This document shows positions 20,737-31,889 of a stretch of DNA of 64,000 bases, piece after piece (within the stretch, counting starts at the first letter, position 1; the number at the start of each line of letters is the position of its first letter). The stretch spans positions 120,672 through 184,671 of IMG/VR virus record IMGVR_UViG_3300028805_000046; one strand, 5' to 3'. The notes under the pieces were generated by a model. The model searched no databases. It was not told the DNA's origin and was given only the letters and a program-made list of their open reading frames with translations. The stretch comes from a virus (lineage: Duplodnaviria > Caudoviricetes). The position numbers were made by a program, and so were the translations under genes.

Positions 20737-21594
20737 ATGTTGCAAGTAAAAACAGACTATACTGAATACATCGTAAAGGTCACCGTCACGTCTGAGGACA
20801 AGGCGATTGACCTTACGTCGCCTGAGTTCAGAATAGACATCGGCGACTATCTTTATTCATATCTTCATAGAGGCGAAATCAGAAATAAGAATGAAGCAGT
20901 CATTACTGAGGCGTCTGAGCCACTCGCCTTTGTTACGAAGGACAATGTCGCTACTTACTGCAACACTGATGAAGAAAGTCTTATCAGAAACGGTTTTCAG
21001 TTCTGGGTCAGCGAAGATCATAAGACAATGGAAATGCGTTTCGTTCCGAAGAATAGTGTAGAGGACAAGCCGGATCATCACTGGTACGTCTTGCTTGTCG
21101 TCGTTGCGTTTGATTTCGAGAATACCGCTCGTTTTGACCTTTGCTTAATGCCAAGACTTATGCCTGGTGAAATCAAGAAAAAGTACCCAAATGAACTGGA
21201 TAAGGTTTTGCCTACTTCTGCCTATCGTCCTGATTACATCTTCAGCGATGAAAATGATAATGATAAGTTGTTCATCAACAACTACAGCAGTAGAACTGAG
21301 GATGGAACTGCTACATACGCTGCAACTTATTCAGCATTCATACCAAATGATCTTGCAACTGATTTAGGAATTGATGTTTCTAGTCCAAGTGATTGGACTC
21401 ATAAGTCAGCATTCTGTCAGCCAGGAACCAACGAAGGCCTTGAACTTGATGGGTATGAAACAGTAGGCAGCCAGACAACAGAAGACATTATGGGATGTTC
21501 TGGCATAAATGTTGTGACTATAACTCAAGATATAAATCCAGTAGACAAAGTTGATTACTACAAAGACCATGTGATGGTCGAGTATGAATTTTAG
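20737..21594 (+). CDS. Hypothetical structural protein
   Basis: 285-aa ORF abutting gp6. Confidence 0.55.
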   Translation: MLQVKTDYTEYIVKVTVTSEDKAIDLTSPEFRIDIGDYLYSYLHRGEIRNKNEAVITEASEPLAFVTKDNVATYCNTDEESLIRNGFQFWVSEDHKTMEMRFVPKNSVEDKPDHHWYVLLVVVAFDFENTARFDLCLMPRLMPGEIKKKYPNELDKVLPTSAYRPDYIFSDENDNDKLFINNYSSRTEDGTATYAATYSAFIPNDLATDLGIDVSSPSDWTHKSAFCQPGTNEGLELDGYETVGSQTTEDIMGCSGINVVTITQDINPVDKVDYYKDHVMVEYEF

Positions 21595-21602
21595 GAGATC
21601 TT

Positions 21603-22175
21603 ATGTCAGGAATTAACCGTGAGATAAATGATTATAACACCAACCATTGGGAGATGCACTTCAGCAACTTCCCAAATTTTACTGGACGAAAGGATCTTCC
21701 ATTGGAGATTTTCAGCGGTAAGGTAAAGGACTTTAACGTTCCTGACTGTTCTATTCCAATGCTTTCAACTGTTCTTGGACATGCTATCGCATACCATCCA
21801 GCTACTACTGGTGATAGACATTATGGAACTATTAACATCGAGTTCTCGATTGATGAAAGAGCTTTCAACTGGTACGCTCTTTATACATGGATGTACCACA
21901 CTTTGCATGGAGATGCTGAAAGAACAAACATTTATGGCGAAAAGTGCGTGCATGAAAACTGCATTGATGCGATTGAACTTCACATGCTTAATAACGAACA
22001 TGAGCCTGTCTCGAAGATTCTTTTCAAGCGCTGCCATCTGAATAACCTTTCTGGCTTGCGCCTTACCTATACTGCTTCTGAAATTGGAACTATCATTGCG
22101 ACATTCCAAGTAGAAGAACTTGACTTTAAATTGATGGATGAAGAAGATGAAATTGAAAATCAAGACGCAATGTAA
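21603..22175 (+). CDS. Tail tube terminator/sheath stabiliser, gp3-like
   Basis: FNVPDCSIP..GD..I.F.IDE..NW..LY.WM resembles T4 gp3. Confidence 0.7.
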   Translation: MSGINREINDYNTNHWEMHFSNFPNFTGRKDLPLEIFSGKVKDFNVPDCSIPMLSTVLGHAIAYHPATTGDRHYGTINIEFSIDERAFNWYALYTWMYHTLHGDAERTNIYGEKCVHENCIDAIELHMLNNEHEPVSKILFKRCHLNNLSGLRLTYTASEIGTIIATFQVEELDFKLMDEEDEIENQDAM

Positions 22176-22878
22176 AGAATGTGGAAAGATGTTTGAAGAC
22201 AGTATGGAGTTTACCTCCCATCTGTCTGGCGAACACGATATGAATGCCCGTGAGTACTATGATAAGTACTTACGTGATGAAAGCACAGGAAAGTGCCTTA
22301 ACTGTGGAAGCACAGATATCAAGTGGCGAAATATTGTCGTTGGCTATGATAGATTCTGTTCTGCAAAATGCTCAAGACAGTTCCAAGAAAAGAACGCCAC
22401 TGGCGCTACTATCAAGTGCCCTATCTGTCAGACGGAAGTAACAGGCGCTAACAACAACCGTGCATCGCAAGCATTCACCAAGCACTTAAAAGATGTTCAC
22501 GAATTGACTCCGCAGGAGTACTACGACGAATACTTGAAACGTGACGATGAAGGTATCTGCGCTGAATGTGGAAAACCAACGCCGTTCTTGAAGATTTCAG
22601 CTGGTTATCAGAAGTTCTGCTGCAAGAGCTGTTGCGTTACTTTTACTCAACGCTTAAAGAGACAGCAGTACGAAGACGCAAAAGACATCAAAGATGAAAA
22701 GAAATTAAGGGAAGAAGCAAAGGCGAAGGAACAGGAAGAATGGCAGGAAGAAATGAAACGTCGTCTTGCTGAATTTGAAGGCGATAGATATTCCTTGACT
22801 TACACAGACTTTGCTTTTGAGAGAACCTTCTCGCCTCAGATTGACTTCTATGAAGCCTTGACTTGTGGAATGGAATAA
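22138..22878 (+). CDS. Tandem zinc-finger protein
   Basis: Two repeats of CxxC..H...H..EYYD.YL..CxxCG..Y.xFCs.xC. Confidence 0.65.
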   Translation: MKKMKLKIKTQCKECGKMFEDSMEFTSHLSGEHDMNAREYYDKYLRDESTGKCLNCGSTDIKWRNIVVGYDRFCSAKCSRQFQEKNATGATIKCPICQTEVTGANNNRASQAFTKHLKDVHELTPQEYYDEYLKRDDEGICAECGKPTPFLKISAGYQKFCCKSCCVTFTQRLKRQQYEDAKDIKDEKKLREEAKAKEQEEWQEEMKRRLAEFEGDRYSLTYTDFAFERTFSPQIDFYEALTCGME

Positions 22879-22898
22879 ATACTATTGGAGAATAGTAT

Positions 22899-24386
22899 AT
22901 GGCAGATGCAATGCAAAATTATCTTGATAGAATGGCGAACGGCGTTCAAGCAGCGAACACCGTAAAGCAGGTTGCGGAGAAACTTAATCCGCTTAACCTT
23001 TTCTTCAGGAACACCAGAAAAAACATTGACGAGATGGCTGCCAATATTCATTACATTACTGGCACGATTGAATCTATGCTGAAGCTTGGTACAGATACTG
23101 CCAATGATACACGAGATAATTTGCTTGGTCTCAATAAGCTAGTTTCAAACATCTATAAGTTATTGCTTGAAGACAAGAAGAAGGTCGAGACAAACGTCAT
23201 TAAGAACGATGGCGTTGCTCAGCTTGTAAACGGCCCTGCAGCAAAAGAACCAGCACTTGACTCTGCGATGATTGCTGCAAAGATGGCGGATAGCCTTACG
23301 AAAGTGCTTAATCCTGTCGCTCTTGTATCTGCATTCTTTGACAAGTTCTTGCCTATTATCATTGTCGGCGGTCTTCTTCTTTATGGATTTGTCGTTGGAT
23401 GGTTGAACGGTTCAGTAATGGACTTCGTGGTCGCATTGGGCGCTGCCGTCATAGGACTCTTTGTGGCATTCGTGGCTTTCCAGATAAGTAAGACAATGAT
23501 CTTACTCGGAATACAGATAGCTTGTGAATGGTTAAAGGTGGCTATCGCTTCACAACCTGCTGCTGTCGCTTTGATAGGAATAGGCGTTATCGTCGCTGCA
23601 TTCCTTGTTGTCGCTGCTGTTATTGCGGTAGCCGTTGTAGGTGCAGTTCTTGTTACTTTGGCAGCCACTTACTTAATTACGAAAGCGATGAAAGGAATGG
23701 TGGACAACATGGTGCAGAACATCACTGACGCCTTCGCTGCCCAGCTTTCAAAGACTGAAGAAATGGTCAAAGATACGATTACTGTCATTGGAAATGTAAT
23801 TCCGATGATGACTTCTAGCATGCTTGCGATGTCAGAGACTTTGAGTCATGGACTTGATGCAGTTATCAGCCATCTTGGCGATTCGTTCTTGAGAATGGAA
23901 CATACTATGGACGGTCTTGCTAGCGAGATGTCAAAGATCTTCAACGGCCTTGCTGCTTCAATCGTTTCATCTGCTTTGTTCAAGTCAGTTGAAAAGGCTA
24001 AAGAAGAAGGCATTGACTTGAAGACCAGACTCCAGCCTATTCACGACACTTTGCATCATATTGACACAATGATTACTCAGATGGCAAGCAACCGTGTACA
24101 GCAACAGGCAAGAATTGCAAGATCTTCATATCAGAACGAAGAATACCTTAACAGTTACTCTAATACATATAACAGTTTTGACGCAAAGGATGGCAATAAG
24201 TTCTTGCACGATACTGCTGTCATTGGAGCTCCTGAAGACAAGGTTACCGGTGAGACTCTTGCTGCTATGCAGAACGCTATCATCACTGAGCTTCGTGCTT
24301 TGACTGCTGCACTTCAAGGATTGAATCTTCAAGTCACTGTTCGTGAACCATCAAGACCGTACAGCATTTTTGATAATGAAGGCTAG
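22899..24386 (+). CDS. Membrane-spanning helical protein, possible tape-measure/gp29-like
   Basis: Several long hydrophobic helices; located in the tail module. Confidence 0.45.
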   Translation: MADAMQNYLDRMANGVQAANTVKQVAEKLNPLNLFFRNTRKNIDEMAANIHYITGTIESMLKLGTDTANDTRDNLLGLNKLVSNIYKLLLEDKKKVETNVIKNDGVAQLVNGPAAKEPALDSAMIAAKMADSLTKVLNPVALVSAFFDKFLPIIIVGGLLLYGFVVGWLNGSVMDFVVALGAAVIGLFVAFVAFQISKTMILLGIQIACEWLKVAIASQPAAVALIGIGVIVAAFLVVAAVIAVAVVGAVLVTLAATYLITKAMKGMVDNMVQNITDAFAAQLSKTEEMVKDTITVIGNVIPMMTSSMLAMSETLSHGLDAVISHLGDSFLRMEHTMDGLASEMSKIFNGLAASIVSSALFKSVEKAKEEGIDLKTRLQPIHDTLHHIDTMITQMASNRVQQQARIARSSYQNEEYLNSYSNTYNSFDAKDGNKFLHDTAVIGAPEDKVTGETLAAMQNAIITELRALTAALQGLNLQVTVREPSRPYSIFDNEG

Positions 24387-24389
24387 TAA

Positions 24390-25355
24390 ATGGCATTAAA
24401 GATTAGAAGACCGGATAAACGCCCTGATGTAGAAACACAAATGACTCCATACCAAAAGTCTATGGAGGTCATTTTTCATCTTGCCAAGCAGGGACTTCCT
24501 CCAGGTGAAAACAGCTATGACATCAATCTTAGCGGTACTAAATATGATCTTAACTATGCCATTACTTTGATGGAGCCTGTCTCATTCAACATCTCCACTA
24601 AATGGAAAGCAAGTGGTGGCGCATCAATAGCAAATAAAGTAAATGAAGTCTTTAACTCGAACTTGCTTAAGATGCTTTCTGGCAACATGGCTAAAAACGG
24701 TACGCCTACTGATGCGTGGACTCAGAAGTTGACTGAAGTTGGCAGCCCAATTGGAATGAAGTTGAAGTTCCGAATCTACCATAGAAACGCAAAGGAAATG
24801 AACAACTATGCTCACGTCGTTGATAAGGACGATATCGTAACTTCTCAAGACGAGATCATTGACTATAACCGTTTGATTAAGTTCTTTACTATCGTCTGTG
24901 CTCCTTCGCAGAAATTCTCAATTTCGTCAAATACGATTGGCGCAGCTGCAGACGCTGCAAGAGCTGTCGCTGGCGACATAAGAGAAGCAAAAGAGGCTTA
25001 TGACAATTCAAGAAAAAGCGGTAGCAATATGATTACTGCTGGCGCTGCTTCATTGGGTGTTCTTTGGGATAAGATAAAGGAAAATTCTGGACTTGTTGAC
25101 ATTGCAGCTGGTCCTCGTCTTAACTATACTTTGGCATTCTCAAAAGTTGGTTCATTTACTTTTCCTGAAGAAATAGACTGGATTGTCAATTCATTTGAGT
25201 GGAGACCAAGTCAGCAGATGACTATCAACGCGAAGACTGGACTTCCAGAACCTTTGTGGGTAGATTTTGATGTATCGGTAGAAACGAACTTCTCACCGTC
25301 AAACGTCTTTATTTCGAGAATGTTCTGTTCAGAAGTTTCAAAGATAAGCTTCTAA
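24390..25355 (+). CDS. Baseplate-tail tube junction protein (gp48-like)
   Basis: Similar to the convergent paralog (FN.STKW..A.SI..K..E; KFRIY; PS). Confidence 0.45.
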   Translation: MALKIRRPDKRPDVETQMTPYQKSMEVIFHLAKQGLPPGENSYDINLSGTKYDLNYAITLMEPVSFNISTKWKASGGASIANKVNEVFNSNLLKMLSGNMAKNGTPTDAWTQKLTEVGSPIGMKLKFRIYHRNAKEMNNYAHVVDKDDIVTSQDEIIDYNRLIKFFTIVCAPSQKFSISSNTIGAAADAARAVAGDIREAKEAYDNSRKSGSNMITAGAASLGVLWDKIKENSGLVDIAAGPRLNYTLAFSKVGSFTFPEEIDWIVNSFEWRPSQQMTINAKTGLPEPLWVDFDVSVETNFSPSNVFISRMFCSEVSKISF

Positions 25356-26728
25356 AATCCAGTATCCTTAAGTATTTCCTTAGCCCAGGTGTTCGCACTG
25401 GGCTTTTGGTCTAATTCGCAGTTAAGTGTGAAATCATAGAAGTAATGATCATTGACAGTCTCATTCCATTCCTTTGATGGTTCTACTGACCAGTCGCTGA
25501 TATAGACAGTCAACGCCTGCTTGAAAATCCAAGGATAGATTCGTAATCCAAATACACAGGCGCCGAATACGTTTGCGTTCGCAATTCTTGCTGCTGCATT
25601 CTGGAATGAATAAAGCGAGTCAACAGTCGTGCTTGAACCAAGCTGTGCTTTAAGAACAGTAGCTACATTAGGGTCAACATCATCATTACTTTTGTCGCCG
25701 CTGATATAGTCCTTAAGTTCTGCAAAGGCGTTGGCAATACCGTCAGCAGTCTTAATGATGTTGCCAAATGTATTGCTTACTGAAAATGAACAGGCAGCGT
25801 TGATTGGAGTAGTAAGGCTCAAGAACAAGAGCCATTCTTTTACGTTTGTCATTTGACGGTTACCAATCTTCTGTCCTGGGTAAATTCTGAACTTCACTTG
25901 GAACTTCATTTCACCAGCATCTTTATAGACACGGGTAGTCAATGCATCTTTTCTACGCATAACAGGAGTGCTTGCATCAGCAGCTCTCATTCCAAGAAAT
26001 TCAATGAAGTCATTATTCAATGTTTCGTCTAGCTTTTCACCAACAGACGCTGCAGGAGAGTTTGCCCATTCAGTAGAGAATGAGACAGGAGGCAATTCAG
26101 TCATTACGCCGTCAGCAACGAATGGGATCTTTTCATCTTGACCTGGAATGTAAGTGAAAAGGCTGAAGTAGTTGTTTCCGTACTCCATGAATTTTCTGAT
26201 TTCAAGTTCATCGTATGTTTCGCCGTGGAATGATCCTTGAACGCCTTCTTTCATTGCGTCAAAGTAGTGCTGGTCAGTAGTGACAATTCCGTCAGGACCA
26301 AAGATATGAGCACTATATCCAAGGTCAGCCATGTCTTGTGCGATAGTGTACATGTTTTCAGATGTACCTTCATTTTCTATTCTATCACGTGCTCTAGATA
26401 TGCCAAGGTCTACATAATCAGTTTTATTGTCTTCTTGCTGTTGCTTTTGAGCAATATTTGCTCTTGCATAACGAAGAACATAATCATCAGACAATTTGCC
26501 TTCAGTAAGAAGTTGTTCATCTTGCTGCAAACTTGCATAAGTTTCATTTTGACTAAGAATCTTATTTACACGATTTGCATTTGACTGACCGCCATTCGCA
26601 GCAGCGTCATTCATAGTAGCACGTTGCTCAGCTTCACGCATCTTGTTCTTGATGTATTGACGCGCTTGTTCTCTTTCGTAATCGCCTTTAGCGTTTTCTG
26701 CTGTCTGTAAAATTGTTCTTTCTGCCAT
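25352..26728 (-). CDS. gp48-like paralog
   Basis: FSTEWANSPAASVGEK, KFRIY, VEPSKE shared with 24390; start moved to ATG 26728 after a late promoter. Confidence 0.45.
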   Translation of the reverse strand: MAERTILQTAENAKGDYEREQARQYIKNKMREAEQRATMNDAAANGGQSNANRVNKILSQNETYASLQQDEQLLTEGKLSDDYVLRYARANIAQKQQQEDNKTDYVDLGISRARDRIENEGTSENMYTIAQDMADLGYSAHIFGPDGIVTTDQHYFDAMKEGVQGSFHGETYDELEIRKFMEYGNNYFSLFTYIPGQDEKIPFVADGVMTELPPVSFSTEWANSPAASVGEKLDETLNNDFIEFLGMRAADASTPVMRRKDALTTRVYKDAGEMKFQVKFRIYPGQKIGNRQMTNVKEWLLFLSLTTPINAACSFSVSNTFGNIIKTADGIANAFAELKDYISGDKSNDDVDPNVATVLKAQLGSSTTVDSLYSFQNAAARIANANVFGACVFGLRIYPWIFKQALTVYISDWSVEPSKEWNETVNDHYFYDFTLNCELDQKPSANTWAKEILKDTGF

Positions 26729-26769
26729 GTTATATTTATCCCAAATAAATAAAATAAAGAGTTTAGAGT

Positions 26770-27564
26770 ATGTTAAATTACCGTGACATTTTTGATATTT
26801 CCAAGACAACGATGCCGTTGAGCAAACAAGATCTTTCAAAGATACTTGCTAAGAAGTCATTCATGGGCTTTGTTCAGTGCCCTTACAGCAGACTTATTCA
26901 GACGTTGAAGGAAATCTGCGAAGCAGAACAGTATCAAGTTTCAGTCAACCCAAACCAGCTGTATCAAGATGGCAGCAATCCGTTTACTCACGCTGACTGC
27001 GTCATTCAAGTTGAAGGCTTGAGATCATTTGATGAATTTACGAACAAGATCATTTCTTCTGAAGATGGAAAAGAATGGTCTGATTTCATGACTTATTCTG
27101 AAACCTTCAAGGACGAAGTAAGAAACTACAAGTTGGCGACTATCAAGAAGTATCTTTGGAACGCTCATAACATTAACAACTGGTTTTCTGAAGGCGGCAT
27201 TTCTTTGCCGCCAAATCGTAAGTCTGAAATCATTGATGACTTTGAAGAGTTCAAACGAATCATTCTTCAATCTGACGACTTGCATCGTTTCATTGACGCT
27301 TGTGATGAAGGAACATTGCAGCAAGCAACTCAAGTGTTGACCGCGTCATTGGTAAAGATGCTAGACAAGTATCGTCCAGAACTTAATCATCACGTAGACA
27401 ACAACACTAGGCGTGAACCGCAAATTATCGTTAAGAACCCAGTCGTCAATCGTATCTTTGTCATTTCCAATTACGCAAGACAGTGTGAAAAGGACTGGCC
27501 GAAATTGAAATTTACAGCTCTTGACAGAAGAAGCTTTGAAAGCATAAGCTTGTGGAGTGCATAA
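26770..27564 (+). CDS. Hypothetical protein
   Basis: 264-aa ORF after ATAAATA. Confidence 0.55.
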   Translation: MLNYRDIFDISKTTMPLSKQDLSKILAKKSFMGFVQCPYSRLIQTLKEICEAEQYQVSVNPNQLYQDGSNPFTHADCVIQVEGLRSFDEFTNKIISSEDGKEWSDFMTYSETFKDEVRNYKLATIKKYLWNAHNINNWFSEGGISLPPNRKSEIIDDFEEFKRIILQSDDLHRFIDACDEGTLQQATQVLTASLVKMLDKYRPELNHHVDNNTRREPQIIVKNPVVNRIFVISNYARQCEKDWPKLKFTALDRRSFESISLWSA

Positions 27565-29777
27565 TGATTAAACACAGCGATGTTGAGTTTAATTACCAAG
27601 ACCTTAGATTTGATACCACTTGGAAGTTTGAGTGGGACGTTGGACAAGACAACGGTGTAAAGTTCTATCCTATCACGAAGGATGTTTCAGGTTCTGGACC
27701 TGTTGAAGACTGGTGGACTCTCTGTGCTTCTGGTAGTGGAACTCCAGACCCAGATAGATGGGAACCTGACAATCCGTTCTTGCAGTATTCTGGTGGTGAC
27801 TGGAATACCCAACATCCTGAAAACCCAATGCGTTATCTTGGACCAACAATAGTCCCAGGTGAAACAAGCGGATCATTCGTCAAGTTAAGAAGCTCTTTTG
27901 AAACGGTCGTAATGGACACGAAACCGCCAGAACTTGTTTCTGACGCTGGCACTGAATACATTTTAATAAATGATGGCTCTGTTTCTGCTCGTCATTGTGA
28001 ATTTGTCTTTCGTGACGACTGCGGCCTTGACTATAAGAACTTTACTATCACACGCGGCGAAGAAACACTTTATGATTATAGCAGAAAGACAGGCGCTGAA
28101 GTAAATGAACTTCAGAATCTTCGTGTCTTTTCAAATGGCGCTGATACTTATAAAGTTGAGTTTGACATACCCGATAGTTTTGATAGTCCTACTTGTTCAG
28201 GAAAGACACTATCTCTGACTGTTTATGACAAGGCAACTAATTCGTCTGGGTTCAATTCTCAAGAATTTAAGTATGTAAACATTAAACAAGACGAGTTGTT
28301 ACCATTGGAGATTACGTTTGACGTTCCAAACCCGCCAAATATGACTTTAGATGCCGGAATTGAGGGTGAGGTATATTGTACCATATTCAACCCAAATAAA
28401 GGCTTGTGGGTCCTTGGCGCTGACTCCATCATAGAGCAACTTTCCGCGGATTCCGTAGGTTGGATTGACCCAAGTACGATTTCTGACAAGGTTGACAATT
28501 CATGCTATGAAGAGAACGGACTTATAAGATTCAAGATCACAAACATCAACTCAGCAGGTTCTGTAATAGTTCAGGCATGGGTAAAGATTGGAAGTGCCCA
28601 GCTTGATGATTATGTTAAGAACGCAACTTATGCCGAAGCAGAACTTGGACCTTGGATTGTGATGGATCCTGATGGCAGACGTTACAACTTGAAACAGTTT
28701 GTGCCAAAGTATTTGAGACAGACTGACTATTACGATTTCGTAAAGTTCTTTGAACTGTTCTTGAACACCATGTACACCAATGTCACTAGAGGAACTAACA
28801 TTTCTGGTCTTGAAAAGATTGCTGAAATTTCAGACTTCCTTGACATTGATAAGATCGAGAATTATCTTGTCGCTGACTATGCAAAGCACAGAGGAATGGA
28901 GTGGAACGTTGACCTTGAAACTTTGGTCAAGATGAACAGCGGTTTCTTCAATCCTGACGCATTCACCAATTATTCTGAAACAGAAGTGATGAACATGGTG
29001 AAATACGCCTTGAAGAACCTTCCACTTTACAACCAGCTTAAAGGCACTGAAAAGGGAATTACTCTTGCTTTGAAGATGTTCTCATTCAGCGCAAAGTTGA
29101 TTCCGCTTTGGGTAAAGATGGAAAATCCTATTGAGGAAAATCCAACATTCATTGAAGAAGACACTCTTCGTGATTTTACGAACATGTTCATGACTTCACG
29201 CTTCAATGTAAAGATTACTTCAAAGGCAGACTTTGAGACATTCAACGAAAACATTGAAGGACTCATTCGTCTAATCAGAAGCATTAAGCCTATCACCAAG
29301 ATCCTGAACTTGATTAAGTACAACACTGTTCCTGATGAAGAAAGTGTCACTACTGTCAAGATCTCAAGCGGTTATAAGGAAAATTCTGAAACTGTTGTGC
29401 CTTACAAAATTGAATATGATGATGACATCAATAAAAAGATTCGTGAGAAGACTGTGAAAGATCGTTCAATACGTCATATCACTAAGCTTTGGATAAACTA
29501 TTACGGAAGCAACGGCAATTGGTATACAGTACTTTCAAATCTCGCTATCAAATGTAAGTCAAACATTACATTGGCGCAAGATGATACGTCAATCACTGTT
29601 GACTGCAGTAAGGTAAAGTTTGAACTTCTTGACAGCGGTATGTATCTTATTCCTACTGATGGTAAGACAAAGACTGACCTGTTCAATTTCGTTCATAACG
29701 GAGACATTGAAAAAACATCGTACATTAAAAAGATAACATTCACACATGTTCCAGGGACAAGTATCTATTCCGAATAA
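27564..29777 (+). CDS. Baseplate wedge protein (gp7-like)
   Basis: LKQFVPKYL..FVKFFELF and YNQLKGTEKGITLALKMF (the KGT motif of gp7/P2-I-like proteins). Confidence 0.6.
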   Translation: MIKHSDVEFNYQDLRFDTTWKFEWDVGQDNGVKFYPITKDVSGSGPVEDWWTLCASGSGTPDPDRWEPDNPFLQYSGGDWNTQHPENPMRYLGPTIVPGETSGSFVKLRSSFETVVMDTKPPELVSDAGTEYILINDGSVSARHCEFVFRDDCGLDYKNFTITRGEETLYDYSRKTGAEVNELQNLRVFSNGADTYKVEFDIPDSFDSPTCSGKTLSLTVYDKATNSSGFNSQEFKYVNIKQDELLPLEITFDVPNPPNMTLDAGIEGEVYCTIFNPNKGLWVLGADSIIEQLSADSVGWIDPSTISDKVDNSCYEENGLIRFKITNINSAGSVIVQAWVKIGSAQLDDYVKNATYAEAELGPWIVMDPDGRRYNLKQFVPKYLRQTDYYDFVKFFELFLNTMYTNVTRGTNISGLEKIAEISDFLDIDKIENYLVADYAKHRGMEWNVDLETLVKMNSGFFNPDAFTNYSETEVMNMVKYALKNLPLYNQLKGTEKGITLALKMFSFSAKLIPLWVKMENPIEENPTFIEEDTLRDFTNMFMTSRFNVKITSKADFETFNENIEGLIRLIRSIKPITKILNLIKYNTVPDEESVTTVKISSGYKENSETVVPYKIEYDDDINKKIREKTVKDRSIRHITKLWINYYGSNGNWYTVLSNLAIKCKSNITLAQDDTSITVDCSKVKFELLDSGMYLIPTDGKTKTDLFNFVHNGDIEKTSYIKKITFTHVPGTSIYSE

Positions 29778-29798
29778 ATATAGAAAGGAATAGATGAA

Positions 29799-30515
29799 AT
29801 GGATCCGAACAAGTTTGAATTAACAGTAACCGATGAAGGCAAAGCAACCATTTTCAAACAAGGAACTGGTTTTAAGTTTGCCAACATCGGTTTTGCTTTA
29901 GTGAAAGATTCTAGAGACCACCTTGCCAGCGCCCGTTATGCTGGCAAGCTTTCAAAGCTATCTACCGAATGGATTTTGAATAACTGTACTATCATTCTTA
30001 AGAATACAGTTTACAAGTATACAAATGGCGCTATCGTTCCTACTGATAGCCGCTATACATACAATTTGACAAAGAAGCTAGATGAACATCTTTATCCGCT
30101 TGACTTTTCGTTGAGCAAAGATGATGAAGAAACTGACATTCTTTACGCTTCATATAATGCTCTGATTAAGCCAGATATGTTCAACATTACGAACGTGACT
30201 GGCGATATGCAATTTGATGCAATCTTGTTCTTCGCATTACCGTTTAAGCCAGAATACAAGAATAGACTTGAAGGAGATCCGCAAAAGCCGTTAGTCTTCG
30301 CTATCGCTTACTATCCTAACAAGTTGAAGGTATTGAAGAAACAATCAGAAAATCTTGTATTCAATGCTGAGATCAGATATGAAATGGAAACAGATGGAGA
30401 AGTAACGATAGATGATAATCTTGACCACATTCATATCGTCAATGATGGCACAGCAAGTAAAGAAATGCCAAATGTGATTACGCTTGGTACAACTGACAAT
30501 CTTTTAATCGTATAG
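29799..30515 (+). CDS. Putative tail fibre/baseplate attachment protein
   Basis: N-terminus (LTVTDEG..FKF..FAL) resembles the N-terminus of 31890. Confidence 0.5.
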   Translation: MDPNKFELTVTDEGKATIFKQGTGFKFANIGFALVKDSRDHLASARYAGKLSKLSTEWILNNCTIILKNTVYKYTNGAIVPTDSRYTYNLTKKLDEHLYPLDFSLSKDDEETDILYASYNALIKPDMFNITNVTGDMQFDAILFFALPFKPEYKNRLEGDPQKPLVFAIAYYPNKLKVLKKQSENLVFNAEIRYEMETDGEVTIDDNLDHIHIVNDGTASKEMPNVITLGTTDNLLIV

Positions 30516-30523
30516 GTGATGAA

Positions 30524-31885
30524 ATGGCAAATACATACGAAACATTAGCAAAAGTGAATATTATGTCACCTGTCGCTGACAACTATTCAGATACTCAGCC
30601 GCAGTTGATGCTCTCTATCTTGAACAACGATGCTGCAAAGACATGGGCTGGTCAGCGTGCTTTCTTCAGTTACAATAAAGACGGAAAAGGCACTCCGCTT
30701 TTCAGACTTGCTGAACGTAAGTCAAGCACCAATCGTTCTAACTTTGACTTGTTTGGCAAGGACAACATTTACAGAAATGTCAAAGGCGCTTACGGCAACG
30801 CATTCATCTTTTCACAGGAAAACGAAATTGGACAAGGAAGTGAAGACAATGCGTTCTTGTTCTCTGACCAAAACGAAGTGAACGGAAATACGAATGCTTT
30901 GTTCATTGCTTCTAACAAGAACAAAATTAGAAAAGGCGTTAACCACGATGTGTCTAACGCTTTGTTCATGCATACTGATAGTGCTGATGTTAACGGTGTG
31001 AAAGGTACCATTCATAATCCTACTTTGATTGGTTCTTCATACACGCAAGTAGAAGGCGTTACGCCAAAGTCATTCAGAGGTACTTGGATTTCATCGCCTT
31101 GCGGCTATCATAACATGGTTAAAGACACTGCCTATGACATTGAAATAGGCAACTACCTTGGTTACACAAGTAACATCAAGGGCGGTATCATAATGCTTGG
31201 TACTGGCTTGCTTCACACTGGCTTCCCAGGAGATTCAAGCAGAACTATCATTGGTGCATGGAACAAAGACGATTCTGACCCAGATAACGTCTTTATCGTT
31301 GGTGATGGTTTTATGCACAACGACGTAATTCCAGAAGGTCATAACATCAATGAACATACTAAATACTATGGAGAAGGCGGAATAAATGAAGAATGGTACC
31401 GTCATAACTTGTTCGTTGTCAACCGTCAAGGATGGGCAGGACTTTATAGCTACGACAATCCTACTGCTAACAATGTAAGATACAGCTATGATGGCATTTA
31501 CGCTACTGTCAATGGACAGGAAATCAACATCAACTTTTATGAATTGAAGTCAAAGATGGCTACTTCTGACTTCGTCAACCAATGCGAAGCAAAAGTCAAT
31601 CAACTTCAAGAAGATGTTCAGCGTGTTCATGCTACTACTCCAGGCGCAGCGCAGTTTATTCTCAAGGACAATTATACTGAAATTGACCTTGACGCAGAAA
31701 ATATTCCTACTGGCACCGTAGTAACTGTTATGAACATTGCTTCAGAATCTGGATATGTATCATTTACTGAGATTAACGGTACACGCGTATTTAGAGACAA
31801 TATCAGTCCAGTAGAATCCCATTCATACATTCGTATTGATGACGCTGATACAGGCGTTCATGGTTTTGCTCAGATAAATAATTAA
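30524..31885 (+). CDS. Putative tail fibre protein
   Basis: N/G/S-rich beta repeats and IGAWN..FIVGDG motif. Confidence 0.55.
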   Translation: MANTYETLAKVNIMSPVADNYSDTQPQLMLSILNNDAAKTWAGQRAFFSYNKDGKGTPLFRLAERKSSTNRSNFDLFGKDNIYRNVKGAYGNAFIFSQENEIGQGSEDNAFLFSDQNEVNGNTNALFIASNKNKIRKGVNHDVSNALFMHTDSADVNGVKGTIHNPTLIGSSYTQVEGVTPKSFRGTWISSPCGYHNMVKDTAYDIEIGNYLGYTSNIKGGIIMLGTGLLHTGFPGDSSRTIIGAWNKDDSDPDNVFIVGDGFMHNDVIPEGHNINEHTKYYGEGGINEEWYRHNLFVVNRQGWAGLYSYDNPTANNVRYSYDGIYATVNGQEININFYELKSKMATSDFVNQCEAKVNQLQEDVQRVHATTPGAAQFILKDNYTEIDLDAENIPTGTVVTVMNIASESGYVSFTEINGTRVFRDNISPVESHSYIRIDDADTGVHGFAQINN

Positions 31886-31889
31886 GAAT

